From Alphaproteobacteria bacterium (lineage in GTDB: Bacteria; Pseudomonadota; Alphaproteobacteria; SP197): 64,000 nucleotides of DNA. Shown here piece by piece: positions 19,794 to 28,335 of the stretch. Every line of letters starts with the position of its first letter. Positions within the stretch are counted from its first letter, which is position 1. Both the position numbers and the translations under genes were made by a program. Under the pieces are notes generated by a model, which saw only the letters and a list, made by a program, of their open reading frames with translations, did not search any database and was not told where the DNA came from. The stretch covers positions 1,248,001 to 1,312,000 of the forward strand of contig OZ219920.1 in NCBI GenBank assembly GCA_964291415.2, read 5' to 3'.

Positions 19794-20668
19794 TCGTCCC
19801 TTCCGAGTCGCTCCAGCGCATCGGCGAGCGCACGACGGACGAGGACCGGACACATCCGCGCGCGATAGCCGGCGCCGGCACGGACATCCGAAATCGGCCG
19901 TGCGACCGCCGCGGCATGACCGGCGGCTTCCTCGAGGTGTGTCGCGTCAATGTCATCCAGGGACCTGCCGGCAACAGCCTTCTCGCCTTCCTTTACGCGA
20001 ACCGGAACCGGCGCCACGGAACCCAGCGCAATGCGCGCGTCCGTGACGGTGCCGTCATCAGCGGTCAACGACACCGCCGCACTCACCAGGGCGATGTCGA
20101 CGACCGTGCGGGCAACCCTGCGATAGCTTGCTTCGCGCCGCGCCTGCGGCACCGGCACGACAATGGCGCACAACAGTTCTTCCGCCTTCAGGGCCGTCGT
20201 GTTCACGCCTGTGAGGAAATCCTCCATCGACACTTCCCGCCGACCGTTCGGGCCCTGGATCAGACAGCGGGACTCGAGCGCCACAAAGAGTGGCGAAAGA
20301 TCCGCTCCCGGCGAGGCGTTGCACATGTTGCCGCCGACCGTGGCCAGAGTGCGGGTCTGCTTCGTGCACATGAGCCGTGCGGTATCGCCAAGCGCTTTCA
20401 TGACCGGATGCATCGAGGCGGCATGGTCTAGGTCATCGAGGGTCGCCATCGCCCCGATCCTGATTTCACCTGGCACCGCTTCGATACTGTCGAGCCCGTT
20501 GAGGTGTGTCAGATCGATGCAATGGTCGATCGCCACCTCGCCTTGACGCCACTGCAGCATCAGGTCTGTACCGCCTGCCCAGTAGCGGGCGCGCTCGCCA
20601 TGACGGGATTTCATGGCAATCGCCGCATCGATGCTGTCGGGGCGCAGGTAGTCGAATTGTCGAATCAC
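19790..20668 (-). CDS. Xanthine dehydrogenase-family FAD-binding subunit (CoxM-like)
   Basis: FDYLRP, AGGTDL, ATVGGNMCNASPGADL, PISDVRA...YR; GTG start inferred. Confidence 0.92.
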   Translation of the reverse strand: MIRQFDYLRPDSIDAAIAMKSRHGERARYWAGGTDLMLQWRQGEVAIDHCIDLTHLNGLDSIEAVPGEIRIGAMATLDDLDHAASMHPVMKALGDTARLMCTKQTRTLATVGGNMCNASPGADLSPLFVALESRCLIQGPNGRREVSMEDFLTGVNTTALKAEELLCAIVVPVPQARREASYRRVARTVVDIALVSAAVSLTADDGTVTDARIALGSVAPVPVRVKEGEKAVAGRSLDDIDATHLEEAAGHAAAVARPISDVRAGAGYRARMCPVLVRRALADALERLGRDE

Positions 20669-20760
20669 CGGGCGTTTTCCGGAATTGGCTGCAGCAGGGC
20701 TATTTCCGCATATCGGTTCGTTCAGTTCAAGGCGTCGGCATGGCTTCTTGATCGGCACGT

Positions 20761-20780
20761 GTGACTGTTGATATCGTCAC
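20761..20780. promoter_or_regulatory. Palindrome in the divergent promoter region (candidate operator)
   Basis: GTGAC-tgttgatatc-GTCAC, midway between the coxM-like and permease starts. Confidence 0.35.
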
Positions 20781-20893
20781 CGTTGCGGGGAGGATGCTTC
20801 CATGTGTTGTGCGCGCCCGGACGATCGGTTTCCGGCATGATCAGGCTGCGAAGGCGCAATCGCGAGGATGTTGATCAGATCGCCCGACGCAGT

Positions 20894-21688
20894 GTGTCGC
20901 TCTTCGAACTGCGTACCGTACTCTCCGGCAGAACCACGCTCCTTCTGGGTCTCGCCGGAGCAACCGGATTCTTCGTCATCTGGGAAATTGGCCACTACCT
21001 CACCCCTGAAGAAAGTCAGAGATTCCTTCCGGCGCCCCAGGAAGTCCTGGGCGCCCTCATCACCCTTATCGTGGAAAAGGACTATATCGCTGACATTCTC
21101 AAGAGTTGCTTTCGCATCTTCGCCAGCTTCTTTGCGGCCTGTCTGATCGCTGTGCCGCTCGGCATCGCCATGGGTTGTTTCATGAGGCTGAGAGCGCTTC
21201 TCAATCCGACGATCTCCGCCTTCCGCTACCTGCCCGCTGCCTCCTTCATTCCCCTGCTCCTGGTGTGGTTCGGCCCGACGGACACACAGAAACTGGCCCT
21301 GCTGGTGCTGGGTGTCATCTTCTTCCTTGTGGCGCTCATCCTGGACAATACCAAGGCGGTGCAACCGGAACTGATCGAGGCGGCGCTGACCATGGGAGCC
21401 GGACGGCGCCAGGTGGTGACCGAGGTCGTGGTTCCGGCCGTGGCGCCCGCCGTGGTGGACTCCATGCGCAACATGATCGCCGTGGGCTGGACCTACCTCG
21501 TCATCGCCGAGATCGTCGCGGCGTCGGACGGCATCGGCGCCGTCATGATGCGCGCCGGGAGGTTTCTCAAGGTCGATATCATCATGGCGGGGATTCTCAC
21601 CATCGGTTTCCTCGGCGTGGCTACAGACCTCCTGTTCCGCCTTGCTGCGCGTTACGCCTTCCCATGGAACCGCGAACGCGGTGATTGA
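20894..21688 (+). CDS. NitT/TauT-family ABC transporter permease
   Basis: FLPAP, RYLPAASFIPLL, EAALTMGA (EAA loop), GWTYLVIAE. Start uncertain. Confidence 0.9.
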   Translation: MSLFELRTVLSGRTTLLLGLAGATGFFVIWEIGHYLTPEESQRFLPAPQEVLGALITLIVEKDYIADILKSCFRIFASFFAACLIAVPLGIAMGCFMRLRALLNPTISAFRYLPAASFIPLLLVWFGPTDTQKLALLVLGVIFFLVALILDNTKAVQPELIEAALTMGAGRRQVVTEVVVPAVAPAVVDSMRNMIAVGWTYLVIAEIVAASDGIGAVMMRAGRFLKVDIIMAGILTIGFLGVATDLLFRLAARYAFPWNRERGD

Positions 21689-21690
21689 TC

Positions 21691-22488
21691 ATGCCGATTG
21701 ATCAGGCGCCGGCACGTACGGCGATCACGGCCAGCAACGTTACGCGCCAGTATGTTGGCGGCACCTTCACCGCTGTCGACAACATCTCGATGGAACTGCG
21801 GGAAAACGAGATCGTCTGCTTCATCGGACCGTCGGGGTGCGGCAAGACGACCATGCTGCGCATGATCGCCGGGCTCGAGTACCCCTCGATGGGCGACCTC
21901 ACGATCTTCGGCAAACCCATCACTGGCCCCGGTCCCGACCGAGGCATGATCTTCCAGGCCTATACGTCGTTCCCGTGGCTGACAGCGCGCAAGAACATCG
22001 AATACGGCATGAAGATCATGGGATTGTCGCGGGATGAACGCAGCAGGCGGTCTGATGAGTTTCTCAAGCTGGTCCATCTCGACGGCTTCGGCGGTTCCTA
22101 CCCGGCGAGCCTCTCGGGAGGCATGAAGCAGCGTGTGGCGATTGCCCGCACCCTGGCGCAGAACCCGGGGGTGCTGTTGATGGACGAACCCTTCGGTGCC
22201 CTCGATGCCCAGGTACGCTGGGAAATGCAGGAAATGATGATCGAGATCATCGAACGCGAGAACACCACGGTCGTCACTGTCACCCACGACATTCAGGAAG
22301 CCATATATCTATCGGATCGCATTATCTTCTTCACCCGTTCACCCGGGCGCATCAAGGCCGACATTCCGGTGTCGTTCAAGGAGGGACGGCGTATCCCGCG
22401 CAAGGAGGAAATGCTGGCACTTCCAGGCTACGTCGACCTCGAACGACAGCTTTTTGCCATGATGCGCGAGGAGATTCAGCAGAGGTAA
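21691..22488 (+). CDS. NitT/TauT-family ABC transporter ATP-binding protein
   Basis: GPSGCGKT, GPGPDRGMIFQ, LSGGMKQR, LLMDEPFGALD, VTHD. Confidence 0.95.
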   Translation: MPIDQAPARTAITASNVTRQYVGGTFTAVDNISMELRENEIVCFIGPSGCGKTTMLRMIAGLEYPSMGDLTIFGKPITGPGPDRGMIFQAYTSFPWLTARKNIEYGMKIMGLSRDERSRRSDEFLKLVHLDGFGGSYPASLSGGMKQRVAIARTLAQNPGVLLMDEPFGALDAQVRWEMQEMMIEIIERENTTVVTVTHDIQEAIYLSDRIIFFTRSPGRIKADIPVSFKEGRRIPRKEEMLALPGYVDLERQLFAMMREEIQQR

Positions 22489-22517
22489 GAGAGATCAACC
22501 AAGGGAGGATATGTGTC

Positions 22518-23663
22518 ATGCAAGGATTACTGAAGCGTGCAACCGGTCTTGTCGCCGGTCTGCTGCTGGCGGTCACCCTGACCGCCGGGAGCGCCCCGCG
22601 CGCAGCGGAGGATGTGACCGTCACCCTCATTCCTGTCTCCGTCTACGGACCCTGGTTCATCGTCCAGGAAAAGGACATGGCTGAAGGCATCAATCTCGAG
22701 GTGCAGATCATCGAGGACATCACGGCACGCAATGCCGGCCTCTCCACCGGTCACCTGCAGTGCATGATGACGACCATGGACTCCACCGTCGTTGCCCATG
22801 CCGCAGGCATCCCGGTAAGGCATGTGGCAGTACCGCTGATGTCCTACGGGCTTGACGAGATGGTGGTGGCGTCCGACATCCAGTCGGTCGAGGACTTCGC
22901 GGGGCGTTCCTACGCCGCCGACTACGGCTTTCTCAACCACATGTGGATGTTGCTGACCCTCAAGCGCGCGGGCATGGACTTCGATGCCGCAGAGCACAAG
23001 ATCATGCTGCCGCAGGATGCAACCGCTTCCTTCGTCAGCGGGGCCCTCGATATCGATGTCAACTTCATCCCGTTTTCCACGCAGTCCCAGGAACGCGAGG
23101 ACTCATACCTCTTCAAGAGCAGCCGCACGGACCGCACCTGGGAACGCGGCCTGATTTCCGACTCCATCGCCTGCAACACGACATGGATGGCCGAAAAGCC
23201 GGAGGTGGCCAGGGAACTGCTGCGCTCATGGTTCGAGGCCGTGAACTGGTGGAAGGAGAATCCGGCGGAAGGCAACGAGATCGTCGCCAGGGGTCTGGAC
23301 TGGCCGGTCGGGGACGTCGAGATCACCCAGCAGGGAACCGTGATGCTCAACATCAACCAGAATCTCGGCGCAATCGGCGTCGAGGGTGGTGTGCCGATGT
23401 GTGCCAGCATTCCCGAAGGGGCGCCGCTTCCTCCTGACGAGCCGAGCAACTGGGGTCAGATGTTCGGCGGAGAGGACTGCGAGGCCGGATACCTGAATTC
23501 GACCTGGGACATCTTCGCCTCTGTCTACCACGAGGCTGGCGTGACGGATAACGAGCCGACAGCCGAAGACGGCATCGACAACAGCCTTCTCTTGTCGCTG
23601 GCTGCCGACGGTTTCGGCGAGACGTACAATTCCAACAAGTGGATTGGCCGTTCCGGCATGTAG
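22518..23663 (+). CDS. SsuA/THI5-like ABC transporter substrate-binding protein
   Basis: Signal peptide; YGPW...SYGLD...IQSVEDFAGR...H..L...L.RAG pattern; operon with permease and ATPase. Confidence 0.85.
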   Translation: MQGLLKRATGLVAGLLLAVTLTAGSAPRAAEDVTVTLIPVSVYGPWFIVQEKDMAEGINLEVQIIEDITARNAGLSTGHLQCMMTTMDSTVVAHAAGIPVRHVAVPLMSYGLDEMVVASDIQSVEDFAGRSYAADYGFLNHMWMLLTLKRAGMDFDAAEHKIMLPQDATASFVSGALDIDVNFIPFSTQSQEREDSYLFKSSRTDRTWERGLISDSIACNTTWMAEKPEVARELLRSWFEAVNWWKENPAEGNEIVARGLDWPVGDVEITQQGTVMLNINQNLGAIGVEGGVPMCASIPEGAPLPPDEPSNWGQMFGGEDCEAGYLNSTWDIFASVYHEAGVTDNEPTAEDGIDNSLLLSLAADGFGETYNSNKWIGRSGM

Positions 23664-23736
23664 GACTCGATGGCTGCCCTGCCCTTTTCAGCAAGGGCGG
23701 GGCAGCACATCCGCGGCATGATAGGGAGGTTGAGAC

Positions 23737-24684
23737 GTGGCTGATGTTCTCAAGATCGATTCCCATGTCCACATCTATGAGACCCACGAGATCGGCAGAG
23801 CCGAAAAGACGGGTTACGAGGTCTGGGAGTACGGAGAGCTTGCCGGAGTGAGGGCCAGCGCTCTCGACGGCACGGTCGACGAGTTGCTGGAGTCCATGAC
23901 CTCAGCCGGGATTTCGCGTGCCGTCATCGTCAATCTCTATACCACTGACGAGATACGTTCGCAGGCCGTCGCCCGCCTCGAACCCGGGCTCACCGCGAGC
24001 ATGCGCGAGAAGGCAATCGCGGACATCGAAGCGCGCATGACGGACGAGATGCGGCAGTTCAACCTGTGGGCCTGTGGCGTCGGGCACCAACACCCGCAAC
24101 TCGCGATCTTCATTGCCGCCGACCCCCTGCTGGCGCCCGATGAGGCGGGTGCCGCCCTGGTCAGCGAACTCCACGAGTCCCATGGCGCCCATGGCGTTAA
24201 ACTCCATGGTCCGGCCCAGGGGTGCATGATGTCGGACCGGCGCCTGTGGGCCACCTACCGGGCCTGCGAGGAACGCGCCATGCCGATCATTGCCCATGCC
24301 GGCCCCGACCGGCAGGGAATCGGGTATTCAGATCCACCTGCCTTCGTCGACATGTTGCGGGACTTTCCCCGCCTCAAGGTCGTGGTTGCCCACCTTGGCG
24401 GCGCCTCGTGGCGTCAGACTCTGGAGGTGGCGGAGGCCTTTCCCAACGCCTACTTCGACTGTTGCGAGATCATTGACTGGACGGGAAGCCCCAATGGTCC
24501 AAGCGAGATGGAACTCGCCCGCCTCATCAGGGAAATCGGCACGCACCGTGTCATGATGGGTTCCGACTACCCCTGGTACGATCTCGACAACACCGTCGAT
24601 CGCGTCATGGAGCTGCCCCTGCTTTCAAAGGAAGAAAAAGAGAGCATCCTGGGAGCCAACGCACAATCCATCCTCGGTCTGTAG
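23737..24684 (+). CDS. Amidohydrolase (Amidohydro_2 family)
   Basis: IDSHVH, GVKLH, IAHAG, VAHLGG, MGSDYP. Confidence 0.9.
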   Translation: MADVLKIDSHVHIYETHEIGRAEKTGYEVWEYGELAGVRASALDGTVDELLESMTSAGISRAVIVNLYTTDEIRSQAVARLEPGLTASMREKAIADIEARMTDEMRQFNLWACGVGHQHPQLAIFIAADPLLAPDEAGAALVSELHESHGAHGVKLHGPAQGCMMSDRRLWATYRACEERAMPIIAHAGPDRQGIGYSDPPAFVDMLRDFPRLKVVVAHLGGASWRQTLEVAEAFPNAYFDCCEIIDWTGSPNGPSEMELARLIREIGTHRVMMGSDYPWYDLDNTVDRVMELPLLSKEEKESILGANAQSILGL

Positions 24685-24906
24685 CCGCGCCCGGACCCGC
24701 TGCGCTTCATCTTTGCTCCGGTTGGCATTCCCATCAGGAGAAATCGACATGTCGTCGAACCTGTCCTGCTGGTCAGCGCCAACGGTCTCCGGGTGTGCGC
24801 AAGCCGCTCCGGAACACAGGACCCGGACTCACCGACCTCCGGGTGAATACGGAGGAATCGCCGATTCTTCGGCCAAGGGGCACCAAACTTGGTGGCAGCG
24901 CTTCGG

Positions 24907-26091
24907 TCAATCCGTCATGACGCTGTCGCGGTGGCCGAGCTTGCCTTCCACCACCATGGTGCCGATGGTATCGAGGATGACCCGGCACGCCAGCTGGGAG
25001 GTATTGTCGTTGACATCGTAGGGCGGGGAGACCTCGACGACCTCCATGCCGCACAGGCCTTCACGGGCGATCAGGCGCACCATCTCCAGGGCCTCGCGGG
25101 GCGTGAACCCCCCGGGTTCCGGGGTGCCGGTGCCGGGTGCGAAGCCAGGGTCGATGGAATCGATGTCGAACGAGAGATAGACAGCCTTCGCTCCCTTCCA
25201 GGCAAGTTCGAGGGCGACTTCCGCCGTCTTCCTGGTGCCGAGTTCCTCGACGTCGGTCATGGTGAGCACACTGGTGCCGCGCTCGCGGGCAATCTCGGAA
25301 CCACGCCTTGAGCCGTACCAGCCACCGATGCCGATCTGCACGAGGTTCTTCGGCGGACAGTTGGCGAGACCGACGTCGTGCATGTGGGTATGGGCATGGT
25401 GGGACTCCGCCCGGTCGACGCTCTCGTGATCGTTCGACGTCCAGTACCACGGAGTCGTGTGCATCCGCTCGTCCATGTCCATGTCGGCCATGTCGATATG
25501 CCGGTCGAAATGAATGATTCCGACGTTTCCATCGATGTGGGGCGCTATGCCGCGAACGTTGGGATAGCCGAGGCTGTGATCACCTCCCACGAGGATGGGA
25601 AAGGCGCCCGAGGTGTAGACGTGGGAAACCGCCTTCGAGACCTGGTCGAAGGTCTTCTCGATATTACCCGGAATGACGAAGACATCGCCGGCATCGGCAA
25701 GATCGAGTTCTTCGGGAAGATCGATGCCTCCATCAACGCTGTAGCCGTCATAGACAGCGGAAATGCGCCTCACCGCCTGGGGACCGAACCGGGTTCCCGG
25801 CCGGTACGTTGTCCCGGTGTCGAAGGGGATGCCCACGAAGGCGGCCTCGTAGTCGCCGATCCGCCTGATGTCCTCGCAGTAGGGCGCCTTCATGAAGGTG
25901 TTGATGCCGGCAAAGGCTGGCAGATGGCCGCGGCTGAACAGCGAGATGGTCCTGTCATTGATGGAATCAGCGGCCTCAAGACCGAGTTCCAGCCCGCGCT
26001 GGATCTCCTCTTCCTGCTTGGTCTGCGAAATGCGCGCCAGGCGATGGAGATTGCGTGTGCCCCTGAAGGCCTGGTCGTCCCTGTCGGCCAC
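24907..26091 (-). CDS. Ureohydrolase of the guanidine hydrolase (GdmH) subfamily, variant
   Basis: GLEAADSINDR..FSRG.LP.FAGINTFMKAPY, GTTYRPGTRFGP, GGDHS, HFDRHID, DERMHT, SFDIDS, PGTGTPEPGG, VEVSPPYD. GTG start with GGAGG. Confidence 0.88.
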   Translation of the reverse strand: MADRDDQAFRGTRNLHRLARISQTKQEEEIQRGLELGLEAADSINDRTISLFSRGHLPAFAGINTFMKAPYCEDIRRIGDYEAAFVGIPFDTGTTYRPGTRFGPQAVRRISAVYDGYSVDGGIDLPEELDLADAGDVFVIPGNIEKTFDQVSKAVSHVYTSGAFPILVGGDHSLGYPNVRGIAPHIDGNVGIIHFDRHIDMADMDMDERMHTTPWYWTSNDHESVDRAESHHAHTHMHDVGLANCPPKNLVQIGIGGWYGSRRGSEIARERGTSVLTMTDVEELGTRKTAEVALELAWKGAKAVYLSFDIDSIDPGFAPGTGTPEPGGFTPREALEMVRLIAREGLCGMEVVEVSPPYDVNDNTSQLACRVILDTIGTMVVEGKLGHRDSVMTD

Positions 26092-26155
26092 GTGGCGATC
26101 CTCCCGGTCTTGCCGGGCGATAGTGCCGGAGCGCGGATCATCAATCAACGAGGGA

Positions 26156-26230
26156 TGGTGGGCGCGGCTGGGATTGAACCAGCGACCCCTACGATGTCAA
26201 CGTAGTGCTCTCCCGCTGAGCTACGCGCCC
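26156..26230 (-). tRNA. tRNA-Val(GAC)
   Basis: Reverse complement GGGCGCGTAGCTCAGCGGGAGAGCACTACGTTGACATCGTAGGGGTCGCTGGTTCAATCCCAGCCGCGCCCACCA. Confidence 0.97.
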
Positions 26231-26425
26231 CATCGGCGACTAGATATCCGACAGCCCCCCACCATGCAACCGGGGACTGTGACACCGTGCTCCTGCCAGC
26301 ATGGCGTCATCCGACAAACCCGGCTTCGACAATTCTTCGGTGTCTCCGGGTTTTTCCGGTTTGGCGACGAGATCGGCCGGTTCCGCCCCGTTCAAGGATC
26401 CATCAGCCCTGGCGATGGCGCCTCG

Positions 26426-27181
26426 TCAGTTCAGGCCGCGTTCCTTCTTGATACGGTCCCAGGCGGCGTTGATTTCGGCCATCTTGCGGTTGGCGACCTC
26501 GATGAACTCCTCCGGCAGCCCCTGGGCAGTGACCCGATCGGGATGATTCTCCCGAAGCAGCTTGCGGTAGGCCGCCTTCACGTCGCGATCACTGGCCTCC
26601 GCCGACACACCGAGAACCTCATATGGGTCGCCGGAGGTCTCGCCGGCTACCGTGAACATGCCTTCGAGACGCCTCATGTCAGCGGACGAGAATCCGAAGA
26701 TGCGCCCGACATCGTTGATGATGGCGCGCTCGGCGGCGTGATAGTGGCCATCCACGTGAGCAACCATCAGCAGGGCGCCGAGGAGATCTTCCCTCACCGC
26801 CCGCGAGTGTCCGAGCAGGGACGCGATCTGACGGGCATAGGACTCGTAGCCCTCAGCGCTTTCCTTTGCGGCATTGAAAATGCGACCGACATCTCCCGAA
26901 GCCGATTGTGGTACGGGGAGAACGCGCTTGAGCGCCTGCACCTCGTCCCGCGTGACGCGGCCATCTGCCTTGGCAAGCTTGGCGACCAGGGCGATCACGG
27001 CCAGGGTGAAGGCAACCTGAAGCTCGTCCGTCGACGAACCCTGGTGCGTGACCGCGGGTCTCTTGCCCTTCAGGGTCTGATCAACAAGGTGCCCCGCGGC
27101 AAGCCCCATGAGAGCGCCAAGCGGGCCTCCCAGTGCGAAGAAGCCGACCGTGCCACCGATAATCTTGCCCCAGACGCTCAT
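26426..27181 (-). CDS. djlA: DjlA co-chaperone (N-terminal TM, TerB-like domain, J domain)
   Basis: MSVWGKIIGG..GGPLGA, AKLAKADG, DPYEVLG, AYRKL..ENHPD, AEINAAW. Confidence 0.9.
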   Translation of the reverse strand: MSVWGKIIGGTVGFFALGGPLGALMGLAAGHLVDQTLKGKRPAVTHQGSSTDELQVAFTLAVIALVAKLAKADGRVTRDEVQALKRVLPVPQSASGDVGRIFNAAKESAEGYESYARQIASLLGHSRAVREDLLGALLMVAHVDGHYHAAERAIINDVGRIFGFSSADMRRLEGMFTVAGETSGDPYEVLGVSAEASDRDVKAAYRKLLRENHPDRVTAQGLPEEFIEVANRKMAEINAAWDRIKKERGLN

Positions 27182-28077
27182 GCAACGGTCTCTTGTTGTC
27201 TGAGAGATCCACGGGCGTGAAGGGATCCACCGCGGATCCAGTCCGCCAGTGGATTGCACCTCGACCAGTGGCCGGCGTACCCGGCCAGAGTGTCGAACAC
27301 GACCCCGTCGTGTTCGCAAAAGAAATCGATCAGGCGCTCCAGCATCATCAACCGGTGGCCACGTCCGATCACCTGGGGATGCATGGTGAGATTGTAGATT
27401 CCACCTGGCACATGAGTGTGCGCCCATGTGAATTCCTGGCGCCAGATTTCCTCGACATGGGAGGCGGGCTTGAGACCGCCGCCCGTGTCGTCGAGTTCAA
27501 AATAGGGAAAGTCATCGAGTCCCCAGGTGACCGGCAGTTCGACGATGTCGAGATGTGTGCCGAACTCGTAGGGCTCGGTGGCCGGGGCCTTGTCCCCGGT
27601 CCGCATGTAGTAGGGCGTGAAGTCGTCTCCCATGAGGCTCGAATCGTAGAGGAAGCCGAATTCCTCGAGGAGATCCGCCGTGCGTTCGCTGAAGTCCCAG
27701 GCCGGCGACCGGTAGCCCACGGGCCGCACCCCGCAGGCCTGGTCGAGAGCCTCGAAACCGCGTTCCAGATTGCGCCGTTCCCCTGTCTCGTCAAAGTCCG
27801 CAGGATTTTCATGAACCCAGCCGTGGTGGGCGATTTCGTGCCCGGCATCATGGATGGCCCTGACCAGGTCAGGCCAGGCAAGGGCCGTGTGCCCAGGTAT
27901 GCAGAAGGTGGCCTGGATCGATCGGCGCTGGAGCAGGTCGAGAATGCGGGGGATGGCGACGGCGCCGAATTCGCCCCGGGAGATCTCGCTGGGATTGCTT
28001 GACCGATAGGAGCCGATCCACACCGACATGGCATCGAAATCAAAGGTCAGACAACACGTCAGGCGTGGTTGGTCCAT
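27178..28077 (-). CDS. Polysaccharide deacetylase family (CE4, PgdA/PuuE-like) hydrolase
   Basis: LTFDFD, ATFCIPG, GHEIAHHGWVHE, GYRSP, YDSS, TMHPQVIGR. Confidence 0.88.
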   Translation of the reverse strand: MDQPRLTCCLTFDFDAMSVWIGSYRSSNPSEISRGEFGAVAIPRILDLLQRRSIQATFCIPGHTALAWPDLVRAIHDAGHEIAHHGWVHENPADFDETGERRNLERGFEALDQACGVRPVGYRSPAWDFSERTADLLEEFGFLYDSSLMGDDFTPYYMRTGDKAPATEPYEFGTHLDIVELPVTWGLDDFPYFELDDTGGGLKPASHVEEIWRQEFTWAHTHVPGGIYNLTMHPQVIGRGHRLMMLERLIDFFCEHDGVVFDTLAGYAGHWSRCNPLADWIRGGSLHARGSLRQQETVA

Positions 28078-28083
28078 GGCCTT

Positions 28084-28335
28084 CTACCCTCCATCGATCG
28101 GAGGCATGACGACCAGGCGATCACCATCAGCGAGCCTGTAGTCCGACCGTAATGCCTCCCTGACAACATGATCGTTGACCAGTGTGAGCGCTGGTCGCTC
28201 CTTCAGCGCTCCGAGCCGGACAAGGGCGCCAGCGAGTGTCGTGTCCTCCGCAAGATCCCATTCGCCCCTGCCGTCAGCACCGATGTCGGGAACGGTCTCG
28301 CCTGCGTAGGCGGCGAGTTTCACCGACACCTTCAT
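28084..28335 (-). CDS. MoaD/ThiS family sulfur carrier, copy 2
   Basis: MKVSVKL...LVND...LADGDRLVVMPPIDGG; ATGA overlap with aorB2. Confidence 0.88.
   Translation of the reverse strand: MKVSVKLAAYAGETVPDIGADGRGEWDLAEDTTLAGALVRLGALKERPALTLVNDHVVREALRSDYRLADGDRLVVMPPIDGG

Noticed and set aside
16923-20668. Aerobic CO dehydrogenase (coxMSL gene order)
   Set aside because: The large subunit lacks the AYxCSFR and AYRGAGR signatures, and no cox accessory genes are present.
20817-20828. CCGG-ACGA-TCGG hairpin resembling one guanidine-II (mini-ykkC) stem upstream of the ABC permease
   Set aside because: The riboswitch needs two ACGR-loop hairpins and no second one was found. No guanidine-I motif was seen here or in the ~65 nt before the ureohydrolase.
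8954-26230. Integrative element at either tRNA
   Set aside because: No integrase and no duplicated tRNA 3' end (att site) were found in the window.
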